Source: Candidatus Iainarchaeum sp. (lineage in GTDB: Archaea > Iainarchaeota > Iainarchaeia > Iainarchaeales > GCA-2688035). Taken from it: a stretch of DNA of 32,000 nt. The notes below the pieces were generated by a model, which was not told the origin of the DNA, ran no database searches, and saw only the letters and a program-made list of their open reading frames with translations. Shown one piece after another: positions 25,148-32,000 of the stretch (position 1 is the stretch's first letter; each line of letters starts with the position of its first letter). Location: positions 11,756 through 43,755 of the forward strand of contig JAQTNI010000004.1 in NCBI GenBank assembly GCA_028713935.1, given 5' to 3'. The translations under genes and the position numbers were made by a program.

Positions 25148-26704
25148 TTATTGTTTTATCAGGCTTTTGCCTGTCATTTCTTTTGGTTTTTTCAGGCCCA
25201 TCAGATCCAGGATTGTTGACTCAATATCTGAAAGCCCGCCTTTTCCAAGCCTTGCGTTCCGCAGTTTTTTATCGTTGCTGATTAGTAAGAATGGCACTGG
25301 GTTTGTGCCATGGCTTGGCTTTGGCTCTCCGTTTGGGTAAAACATGCTTTCAATATTGCCATGGTCGCCTGTTATGATGCAAGTGTAATTTTTTTCAAGC
25401 CCCCGCTTGATTATTTTTCCGATGCATTTGTCAACTGCTTCGCATGCTTTTATTCCAGCTTCAAAGTTTGCTGAATGCCCGACAAGGTCGCCGTTTGCAA
25501 AATTGATTGCGACAAAATCGTATTTTTCTTTTTCAATTTCAGGCAGCACTTTTTCAGTTATTTCAAAGGCTGACATTTCCGGCTTTTCCGCATAAGAAGG
25601 CACTTTTGGCGAGGGAACCAGAATCCTGTCTTCTCCACGATAAGCTGTTTCTGCCTGGCTGTTGAAAAAAAATGTCACATGCGCATATTTTTCGGTTTCC
25701 GCAATTCTCAATTGCTTTAACCCTGCCTTTGACAACGCCAGGCCAAGGTTTGTATCCAATTTTTCCTGTTCAAAAGCAACTGGCAGCCCAAGCTTTTCAT
25801 CGTACCTGCTCATGCACACAAACACAATTTCAAGTTTTTTTTCCCTTTTAAATCCTGAGAAATCATTTTTCACAAAAGCATAAGCCAACTGCCTTGTCCT
25901 GTCGCTCCTGAAATTCCAGAAAACAATGGAATCCTTGTTTTTTATTGTTGCAATTGGCTCTCCTTCGGGGCCAACAATTGCAATTGGCCTTACATAATAA
26001 TCTGTTTTGTCCCCTTTTGCATACGCGTTTTCAATTGCCTTAAGGGGATTTGTTTCCTTTTCCCCCTCCCCTAAAGTTAGCAGCCTGTAGGCTTTTTCTG
26101 TCCTGCCATAATTTCCATCCCTGTCCATTGCATAGTATCTGCCCACAATTGTTGCTATTTTTCCAACTCCAATTTTAGAGGATTTTTCTGCAAACTCCAA
26201 AAAATATTTTTTTGCGCTTTTTTCTGGCACATCCCTGCCATCCAGGAATGCGTGCACAAAAACCTTTTCAATTTTGTTTTTTTCCGCAAGCTCTAACAGC
26301 GCGTAAAGGTGCTGTGTTGTCCCGTGGATGCCTTCATCTGAAAACAAGCCCATCAAGTGCAGTGCGGAATTGTTTTTTTTGCAGTTATTTATTGCAGACA
26401 GCAAAGCCTGGTTCTTGAAAAATTTTCCCGACTTAATCTGCCTGTTTATTAATTCAAGCGGCTGCCAGACTATCCTGCCAGCCCCAATTGTAATATGCCC
26501 GGCTTCCGACCCTCCCTGAGTCCCTTCAGGCAAGCCAACCGCATTGCCGCTGCATTTTAAAATTGCCATTGGAAAATTTTTTTCATAATAATTGTTATTT
26601 GGAACATTTGCTGCTTTTACTGCATTGCCCTTTGTTTCTTTGCTGTAGCCCCAGCCGTCCCTTATAATCAGGATAACCCTGTTTTTTGCTTTTCCTGTTT
26701 TCAT
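25148..26704 (-). CDS. gpmI: 2,3-bisphosphoglycerate-independent phosphoglycerate mutase, bacterial/plant GpmI type
   Basis: LIIRDGWG...GNAV..ANVP at the N-terminus. Catalytic Ser region is GGSEAGHITIGAGR. Also LHLMGLFSDEGIHG, FLDGRDV and GDHGN. Its 518-aa size contrasts with the ~400-aa archaeal ApgM type. Confidence 0.9.
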   Translation of the reverse strand: MKTGKAKNRVILIIRDGWGYSKETKGNAVKAANVPNNNYYEKNFPMAILKCSGNAVGLPEGTQGGSEAGHITIGAGRIVWQPLELINRQIKSGKFFKNQALLSAINNCKKNNSALHLMGLFSDEGIHGTTQHLYALLELAEKNKIEKVFVHAFLDGRDVPEKSAKKYFLEFAEKSSKIGVGKIATIVGRYYAMDRDGNYGRTEKAYRLLTLGEGEKETNPLKAIENAYAKGDKTDYYVRPIAIVGPEGEPIATIKNKDSIVFWNFRSDRTRQLAYAFVKNDFSGFKREKKLEIVFVCMSRYDEKLGLPVAFEQEKLDTNLGLALSKAGLKQLRIAETEKYAHVTFFFNSQAETAYRGEDRILVPSPKVPSYAEKPEMSAFEITEKVLPEIEKEKYDFVAINFANGDLVGHSANFEAGIKACEAVDKCIGKIIKRGLEKNYTCIITGDHGNIESMFYPNGEPKPSHGTNPVPFLLISNDKKLRNARLGKGGLSDIESTILDLMGLKKPKEMTGKSLIKQ

Positions 26705-27084
26705 TCAATTACTTCCATTTCAATTTCTTTTCCTTCTGCATCATATGCGCGTATGCTTGAAATACTGAAAGGAAGGCAAATTATTAAATGAATTTCCCCT
26801 GTTTTTTTGAAAAACCTTTTGTCAGCGCTGCTCGGCCTGTTGCTGTCAGAGGGGTGTGAATGCACGCTTCCCAATATGCTTTTGTCAAAAGGCAGCAAAT
26901 CAAGGTAAACAGATGAAAAGGAATCCCCAAAAGTTGCAGGAATTATTACAAGCTCGTCTATTATGCTATTTTTGCTTTTGCTTCCAAGCAGTGCAATGAA
27001 TTCTTTTGGAAAAACGTTTTTTGAGGCTTCCGCAATCGATTCCAGGGTTTGCCTTTTTACAAGAATTTTTTTCAGGTTATTCAT
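26701..27084 (-). CDS. Stand-alone JAB1/MPN/Mov34 (JAMM) metalloprotease domain protein, 127 aa
   Basis: Upstream Glu (KEFIALLG) plus HSHPSDSNRPSSAD, which equals HxHx7Sx2D. The start is placed at ATG 27084 (MNNLKK), which overlaps the upstream stop as ATGA. The track's N-terminal extension lies inside the DUF112 gene. Confidence 0.85.
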   Translation of the reverse strand: MNNLKKILVKRQTLESIAEASKNVFPKEFIALLGSKSKNSIIDELVIIPATFGDSFSSVYLDLLPFDKSILGSVHSHPSDSNRPSSADKRFFKKTGEIHLIICLPFSISSIRAYDAEGKEIEMEVIE

Positions 27085-28277
27085 AGTCCCAGGTAAAAAA
27101 ACAATGTTGGAATTATTAAAAAAGCCATGCAATTTGCCCTTCTTGCTTTTTTTGAAACAGCAATCAGGCCTATGGATGAAGCGGTTGCAAACGCGATTAT
27201 GCCGAAGCAGTTTGAGAGGAACAGTACAAGAGCGCACAGCACAAAAAGAATTGCAAGGTTTATCCTGCCATAATTTATTTTTTCCATTTTTCCAATAAAA
27301 AATTTTGCAATTGCCCTGGCTGCAATAAACCCAAAGCCAAGCCCGATTGCACATTCAGCCATTATCAGCACAAGGTTTTGCTGGTTTGATTCAATAAGGC
27401 CGCTTATTACGGCTGCACTTCCGTTGCGGGTTTTTTCCCAGGCAAACAATCCAGCAAACCCAAAAACCATGTTTGAAACGCTGCTCCCGCCGACAAGCAC
27501 AAGAAATTTTTTTGTTTTTATTTTTCCAAAAATTTTTTGCAGCAAAAAAGCTGCCTGGCTAGAGCCGGTTGCAGGCAGGATAGTGGTTATTATTCCTGCA
27601 GCAAAGCCAAGCGCCCCTCCCTCAATTGAATCCCCTAATCTTATTTTTGCATCTTTTTTGCTCTGTTCCGGCAAAATTGTTTTTTTCCTTATTGACTCGA
27701 TTATTGTTGCTGCCCCAAAAAAGCCTGCAATGCACACAAACAAGGGTTCCTGAACAAAATTTTTTCCATTCAAAACAACCAGGCCAAGGATTCCCGAAAG
27801 CGCAATTATTATAATTGCCCAGGCTTTTCTTTCAAATCCTTTTTCGCTGAGAACCATTGTTGCAAGGACAAAAACCAGTGCAAAAGGAATTATTGTGGAA
27901 AAAAATTTTTCCCCTTTCCGGATTAGCAGCAGGAAAACAGGCACAAAAGCAAGTGAAATTATTCCTGCAGAAAGGGCGCCTGTTGCGGCAAGCTTCACTG
28001 CAAGCAGGCCTTTCCCTTTAAGAAGAAGCCTGTGCCCTGGAAGCGCAGCCAAAAAATTTTCTTCTTCCGGAGCTCCAAGCAGAATGCTCGGGATTAAGTC
28101 TGCAAAACAATGCGTAATGCTCATGCTTGCAATCATGAGGCTTGTTCCAAGAGGGTTGGAAAAACTCATTGTTGAGGCAATTGCGGCAACAGTGTTTGCA
28201 TGGATTCCAGGCGCAAGCCCTGTCAATAGGCCTGCTATGCAGCCAAAAAAAACCCAGAAAAAAGCGCTTAAATCCAT
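27081..28277 (-). CDS. TctA-family / DUF112 polytopic membrane protein
   Basis: GLLTGLAPGIHANTVAAI...IPSILLGAPEEENFLAALPGHRLLLKGKG matches the DUF112/TctA N-terminal pattern. It is strongly hydrophobic throughout. The start is at ATG 28277. Confidence 0.78.
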   Translation of the reverse strand: MDLSAFFWVFFGCIAGLLTGLAPGIHANTVAAIASTMSFSNPLGTSLMIASMSITHCFADLIPSILLGAPEEENFLAALPGHRLLLKGKGLLAVKLAATGALSAGIISLAFVPVFLLLIRKGEKFFSTIIPFALVFVLATMVLSEKGFERKAWAIIIIALSGILGLVVLNGKNFVQEPLFVCIAGFFGAATIIESIRKKTILPEQSKKDAKIRLGDSIEGGALGFAAGIITTILPATGSSQAAFLLQKIFGKIKTKKFLVLVGGSSVSNMVFGFAGLFAWEKTRNGSAAVISGLIESNQQNLVLIMAECAIGLGFGFIAARAIAKFFIGKMEKINYGRINLAILFVLCALVLFLSNCFGIIAFATASSIGLIAVSKKARRANCMAFLIIPTLFFYLGL

Positions 28278-28281
28278 GCAC

Positions 28282-28659
28282 TTACCCCTGCCCTTGTCCA
28301 GGTTCAAGGGGAATTATTTTTTCAATTACAATTTCCGGTTTTTTTCCGTTGAATTCTTTTTTTCCTGTTATTTTCACGAATTTGTTTTCCCTAGCTGTTT
28401 TTCTTTCTTCTGCTGTTGGATTGAATTTTATTGCAAAAATTTTGTTGCCATCATACAATTCAAAAGAAAGCGTTTTTTCTGTTTCTCCAAGATTGTTTAT
28501 CCTGCCCTTTGTTTCAAAGCTTATTCCTGCTTTTGCTTTTTCAATTTCCCCTATTGCAAGCCTTTCCGCTGGAAAAAAATTTTGTGCAAAAAAAAGGCAG
28601 ATAATTCCCGTTATTGAAACAGCAAGCGCGATTTTTTCAGTGCCCAATTTTAATTGCAT
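28282..28659 (-). CDS. Membrane-anchored OB-fold (tRNA_anti-like) protein
   Basis: N-terminal TM (IALAVSITGIICLFF). This is followed by ISFETKGRINNLGETEKTLSFELYDGNKIFAIKF...FVKITGKKEFNGKKPEIVIEKI, a typical OB-barrel pattern. The start is at ATG 28659. Confidence 0.6.
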   Translation of the reverse strand: MQLKLGTEKIALAVSITGIICLFFAQNFFPAERLAIGEIEKAKAGISFETKGRINNLGETEKTLSFELYDGNKIFAIKFNPTAEERKTARENKFVKITGKKEFNGKKPEIVIEKIIPLEPGQGQG

Positions 28660-28763
28660 GAAAAAATCCAAAAAGAGAGAGAATAAAAACAGGCATTTGT
28701 TTTCGTTGAAAAGCGAATCTTCAAAAGTAGGTTTAAATATCTTTTTTTGTTATAGTTGTTTTT

Positions 28764-29351
28764 ATGGCTCCTGAAAGAAGGCCTTTGGGCAGAAAACCAA
28801 GCAGTGCCCCAATATCGCCTGAGCGGGCCAGGCTTATAGCAGCTGGCAGGATAATTCCTGCAAACCCAGCTGAAGCTGAAACTGCAAAGCAATTGCTTGA
28901 AGCATTGAAAAGGCAAGCTACGGCACAACCTGATATCAGAAAAAAAATTGATGCCCCTAGGGCCCCGGTAAGAGGAGTCAGGAATTACAGAACAATTCCT
29001 GAAACCCACCAAATTGTGCCTTTGGGAAAAAACACTTTTTTGACAAGGCTGGCCTTGCCAGTTAATTCATATACGGGCAAAGGCAGAGAAAACAAACCTC
29101 TTTTTCAAGGGGAACAGGTTTCTCTTGACTTGCTTGTAGAATTTACTGAGGCTGATTTGGAATCTTTGGGCAAACCTGCCACGCAAAAACGGATTCTTCA
29201 TGCCCAAACTGCAGATGGCAAACATTTGGTTAAAATAGTTGGCCAAGGCAAATATGATTTGCTAGGCAGAATAACTAAAATCAGGAAAGGGCAGGCGCCC
29301 TCGGAAAATTGGACCTGGCATCCTGCTTTTATAGAACCGCCATTGGAATAA
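28764..29351 (+). CDS. Hypothetical protein (195 aa) with a P/R/A-rich basic N-terminus; composition atypical for the window
   Basis: ATG ORF. The first 60 nt are 32/60 G+C by hand count, whereas the flanks are visibly AT-rich. The antisense ORF 28650-29012 looks non-protein-like. No motif was recognised. Confidence 0.6.
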   Translation: MAPERRPLGRKPSSAPISPERARLIAAGRIIPANPAEAETAKQLLEALKRQATAQPDIRKKIDAPRAPVRGVRNYRTIPETHQIVPLGKNTFLTRLALPVNSYTGKGRENKPLFQGEQVSLDLLVEFTEADLESLGKPATQKRILHAQTADGKHLVKIVGQGKYDLLGRITKIRKGQAPSENWTWHPAFIEPPLE

Positions 29352-29363
29352 TTTTTTATCTCT

Positions 29364-29720
29364 TTAACATTCAATGTTGTTTGCCCTTATTGTAACGCTG
29401 CCTGCTGAATAGCCTGCTTTTGCTATTATTAATTCCCTTGTTCCAGAGCCATTAATGTCCGAACACGCCATTGTATCCGGAATTGTAATAATGTTTAAGT
29501 CAATGTTTCCATTGCTTTCAACGCTTAAATCAATTTTTTCTATTGAAAAATTTGTTTGGGCTTTGTTCAGTGCATCAAGAGTGTTTGTTTTTGCAAGGCC
29601 AAGTGCAACAGTCTGCCCTTTTATGGAATTGAAATAACCAAGAATTGCAATGCTGATTACTATGACAAGTGTTGCAATAAAGAGCAATTCCAGGCTTGCC
29701 TGGGCTTTTTTGTCAGCCAT
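29364..29720 (-). CDS. Archaeal type IV pilin (class III signal peptide, Q+1/E+5)
   Basis: MADKKA|QASLELLFIATLVIVISIAILG N-terminus. The start overlaps the upstream stop by 8 nt. Confidence 0.8.
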   Translation of the reverse strand: MADKKAQASLELLFIATLVIVISIAILGYFNSIKGQTVALGLAKTNTLDALNKAQTNFSIEKIDLSVESNGNIDLNIITIPDTMACSDINGSGTRELIIAKAGYSAGSVTIRANNIEC

Positions 29721-30369
29721 ACTTTACACTTACTGCCCCTGAAGAACCTTTTTCAATCACAACATCCTTGAACTGCTTTCCGTTGATTACCTGGCTTCCA
29801 CTGTCAAAATCACAGGCAATTGCCACTGTTTGCGGGGCAGAAAGCATTGTTTCCCCTGTGCAGACAAGAGGTGTGCCGCTGCATGCAGTGGCATCTGGAT
29901 TGTACTGCGAAACAATCATTTCAGCGCTGAAATCTATTTTTTTGTTGAGAGGGTCTGTAAAATTGCAGGCAACAGAGCTTTTTTCTTCCACAAAAACCTT
30001 TATTGTTGATTTTGCATTGCTTGGCGCAATTGAAATCGCGTCAATTTCATTTGCAATCTTTTGCGCGGAAATTTTTGCATTGCCAATCCTTGAAATTTCT
30101 TCTGCGGAATTGTTCGCCATGTCAATAGCGGGAATTACAACGCTTGCAATAAAAATTATTACAAAAGACAGCAAAAACATGAATTCAATTGAAATCTGCC
30201 CACTCTGCCCTTTCTTTTCTTGAAAAGAAAAGAAAGTGCAAGGTGCCCAAAGAAAAGAATCCCGAATCTTTGATAAACAGGACAAATCCTTTTGCGGAGC
30301 AAAAGGCTCTTTTCCCGAGGCTTTTCTCTTTAGAGAAAAGGCTCTCAAATTGCAAATAACATGTTCCAA
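29713..30369 (-). CDS. Pilin-like protein; class III motif KKGQSG|QISIEFMFLLSFVIIF lies 55-60 codons into the only canonical ORF (start uncertain)
   Basis: The Q+1/E+5 pilin motif is clear. However, there is no in-frame ATG, GTG or TTG between ATG 30369 and the motif. The intervening codons coincide with copy B of the conserved non-coding element and overlap the peptidase 3' end. Confidence 0.65.
   Translation of the reverse strand: MEHVICNLRAFSLKRKASGKEPFAPQKDLSCLSKIRDSFLWAPCTFFSFQEKKGQSGQISIEFMFLLSFVIIFIASVVIPAIDMANNSAEEISRIGNAKISAQKIANEIDAISIAPSNAKSTIKVFVEEKSSVACNFTDPLNKKIDFSAEMIVSQYNPDATACSGTPLVCTGETMLSAPQTVAIACDFDSGSQVINGKQFKDVVIEKGSSGAVSVKYG
30205..30289 (-). repeat. Copy B of the conserved ~85 nt leader element
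   Basis: Homologous to 9355-9445. A perfect 12-bp hairpin CTTTCTTTTCTT-gaa-AAGAAAAGAAAG lies at 30210-30236. The third, mirror tract is at 30249-30259. GGTGCCC and TTTGATAAACA blocks are shared. Confidence 0.7.
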
Positions 30370-31475
30370 ATCACATCACCAAAAATGTTCAGCAAAATAT
30401 ATCCAATCAAAATTGCCGGCACAAGGGCCACGCTTTCCCTTATTGAAATTTCCTGCCCGATTTTTTTTTCCTTTGCCAGTTTTTTCAGTTCCCTTATTTC
30501 TTCTTCTTCAAGGCCTGCTGCCCTTGCGCTTGAAATAATGATTTTGCCTTTCGGGCTCAGCATGCTGTTCAATTCCCGCAATCTATTATGCATAAGGTGA
30601 TTAATAATTTTTTTGATTTCAAAATCAGGCGCTTTTTCGATTTTTCCGTTGTTTTCAACCAGGGTTTCAGCCGGAATCATTCCTTCTTCAAGGCTGTCAA
30701 TTCCAATTTTTTTTCTCATTAATTTTTTTGAAAGGGAATACAATTTGAAAAGCAGCCATGCCCCCATGAACAGCAAAACAAGCCATGCAAGCCACTGGGC
30801 ATCGGAAATGCTTTTCCACAATGCAAATCCAAACAGGGCAATTGCAATTGCAACGCGGAAAATTTTTTTTCTTATCAGGCTGAAAACAAAAATCAATGGC
30901 AAATCAATCAGGAGAGGCAATCCAAAAAACAGGAGAACTGCGCCTATTCCAATTATTGCCATTGAAAATTCTATTGTGGAAAAAAGCTTTTTTTTGAAAT
31001 CTACAACAAACTCTTTTTTTGCTTCCTTGTTTTTCAAAAGCCTTTGCGCGCTTACAAAAGCAGCGTATGGCGCCATTGAAAAAACAGAGAAAACAAAAAT
31101 TGAAAATGGGAAAACAGGCAGTTGCACTGCGCCGAACAAGCCAATTCCTGTCAAAGCAAAAATTCCAATGGCTGCAGGGTTAATCGGATTCAGTGCTGAA
31201 AGAGCAGTAATCAGTTTTACATCTCCGCCTGCCCAGACCCCGATTTTCCAGAGTGCATAGGAAAAAGCGAATGCGATTGCTGTTGCCGCAATGCAGAAAA
31301 CAAGAATCATTGCGTCATTTGCAAAAAAAGCCCAGACAGCATGGCCTGCAATTCCTACTGCAAGAATTCCGTAATTCAATTTGTTTGGGACAATTCTTGC
31401 CTTCAAATCAGTGTAAGAAGCAATTGCCAAAAAAACAATTGAAATTAAAAAAAAAAGAAAGGGAAAAGGAAACAA
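30345..31475 (-). CDS. Type IV prepilin/preflagellin peptidase (A24 family, PibD/FlaK/EppA-like) with a long C-terminal extension
   Basis: The two catalytic Asp contexts are present (IASYTDLKARIVPN and WAGGDVKL). Multiple TM helices are followed by a charged segment of about 110 aa and a final TM. It has a TTG start at 31475. Confidence 0.86.
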   Translation of the reverse strand: MFPFPFLFFLISIVFLAIASYTDLKARIVPNKLNYGILAVGIAGHAVWAFFANDAMILVFCIAATAIAFAFSYALWKIGVWAGGDVKLITALSALNPINPAAIGIFALTGIGLFGAVQLPVFPFSIFVFSVFSMAPYAAFVSAQRLLKNKEAKKEFVVDFKKKLFSTIEFSMAIIGIGAVLLFFGLPLLIDLPLIFVFSLIRKKIFRVAIAIALFGFALWKSISDAQWLAWLVLLFMGAWLLFKLYSLSKKLMRKKIGIDSLEEGMIPAETLVENNGKIEKAPDFEIKKIINHLMHNRLRELNSMLSPKGKIIISSARAAGLEEEEIRELKKLAKEKKIGQEISIRESVALVPAILIGYILLNIFGDVIWNMLFAI

Positions 31476-31494
31476 AAAACCACCAATTTCCTTT

Positions 31495-31665
31495 TTAACC
31501 TAAAATTGATTCAATGGTTTTGTTCCTGTAATTCAAAATTTTTGCCTGTGAAGACAATGAAATTGTGCGGAGAGTATCTAAAAGCAGGGCAGCAGCAATT
31601 GCCAGTATAATGGCAAAAGTAGCCAAAACCAGATACTCAAAAGAAATCTGCGCCCTGCAATCCAT
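31495..31665 (-). CDS. Small pilin (56 aa) with class III signal peptide
   Basis: ATG 31665 gives MDCRA|QISFEYLVLATFAIILAIAAALL with Q+1/E+5. It lies 11 nt downstream of the preceding pilin stop. Confidence 0.7.
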   Translation of the reverse strand: MDCRAQISFEYLVLATFAIILAIAAALLLDTLRTISLSSQAKILNYRNKTIESILG

Positions 31666-31676
31666 AAAAAAAACCT

Positions 31677-31976
31677 TTAAGCGCCTGATCCGCCAAAGCA
31701 ATCGGTTGGCCTGGTAGATGCCCCTATGCACTTATTATTTGTTGTCCAAGTGCAAGAAGCAATTGCGCAAGGTCCGTCTCCATCAGGGTCCAGAATTCCG
31801 CATTGCGTAGTTCCATCAACAAATTTTGCGCACATTGCGTCTGCGAGTGCCTGGTTTGTTCCGCCTTGCACTGTTGGCGCTGTTGTTATGAGCATTGTCA
31901 GGACTATTCCTGCCACTATTACTGCTCCGCCGATTATTAACAAGTATTCCAATGCGCCTTGTCCTTTTGTATTCAT
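31677..31976 (-). CDS. Archaeal type IV pilin, candidate major subunit, with a Cys-rich C-terminal domain
   Basis: MNTKG|QGALEYLLIIGGAVIVAGIVL is the canonical archaeal pilin N-terminus. A strong GGAGGT Shine-Dalgarno lies 6 nt upstream of the ATG (revcomp of 31983-31988). The roughly 65-aa globular part contains six Cys. Confidence 0.85.
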   Translation of the reverse strand: MNTKGQGALEYLLIIGGAVIVAGIVLTMLITTAPTVQGGTNQALADAMCAKFVDGTTQCGILDPDGDGPCAIASCTWTTNNKCIGASTRPTDCFGGSGA

Positions 31977-32000
31977 GCAATTAACCTCCTTGGATTTTTG

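Noticed and set aside
27085-27354. 90-codon N-terminal extension of the JAMM ORF; similar extensions occur at 24120-24224, 31666-31731, 3924-4049, 14669-14686 and 15753-15782
   Set aside because: Each extension overlaps a better-supported neighbouring gene or promoter. Each also precedes an internal ATG that yields the family-typical N-terminus.
27895-28774. Two long + strand ORFs (240 and 210 aa) across the DUF112 and OB-fold genes
   Set aside because: They lie antisense to well-supported minus-strand membrane protein genes. Their translations are Phe/Ser/Cys-rich low-complexity.
28764-29000. Possibility that the GC-elevated stretches here and at 2285-2566 are SRP RNA or RNase P RNA
   Set aside because: I could not find the conserved SRP helix-8 GNAR-loop/AGCA context or the RNase P GGAAAGUCC-type CR-I motif. 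Both regions carry clean ATG-to-stop ORFs.
30613-31260. 215-aa + strand ORF inside the prepilin peptidase gene
   Set aside because: It is an antisense shadow. The minus-strand frame carries both catalytic Asp motifs of the A24 peptidases.
1-32000. CRISPR arrays, rRNA genes, IS elements/transposases, integrases, C/D-box sRNAs
   Set aside because: I scanned the intergenic regions and the ORF translations. No regularly spaced direct repeats, rRNA-like segments, DDE or tyrosine recombinase motifs, or convincing C (RUGAUGA)/D (CUGA) box pairs were seen.

Overview
AT-rich, densely coded window, roughly 90% coding, with many 4-11 nt start/stop overlaps. It reads as part of a small archaeal genome, probably a DPANN-type episymbiont. 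That assignment is an inference from gene content: class I CCA-adding enzyme, Pelota, ABCE1, Elp3, Taw3, class III signal-peptide pilins, and a tRNA without encoded CCA. Recognisable content falls into three groups. (1) A tRNA/translation-maintenance set: tRNA-Arg(UCG), cca, thpR, taw3, elp3, pelota and abcE1. (2) Scattered metabolism: purF and a bacterial-type gpmI. (3) A surface/attachment set: a secretion-family ATPase, eight pilin-like genes in two clusters, a long prepilin peptidase, a 1132-aa lipobox metzincin and other secreted proteins. No rRNA, CRISPR array, transposase or integrase was seen. Six signals deserve a second look. (a) A ~85-90 nt non-coding element occurs twice (9355-9445 and 30205-30289). 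Its three pyrimidine/purine tracts co-vary in run length, which fits a hairpin plus a parallel third strand (triplex) or a pair of alternative hairpins. (b) Copy B of that element sits where one pilin gene should have its start codon. (c) A diverged duplicate of the first 22 codons and proximal promoter of abcE1 flanks a 1.6 kb insertion. The insertion carries a Schlafen-like AlbA_2/HATPase_c_4 gene and lies exactly between pelota and abcE1. (d) An overlapping four-gene operon runs metallophosphoesterase, stand-alone phosphohistidine swivel domain, unknown 349-aa protein, Taw3. (e) A small Rossmann-like protein is paired with a membrane-anchored Hjc-like nuclease. (f) The palindromic octamer GCAATTGC is strongly over-represented across the window (16 exact copies by hand count), reminiscent of cyanobacterial HIP1. 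All functional calls rest on motif recognition from memory; no searches were run.
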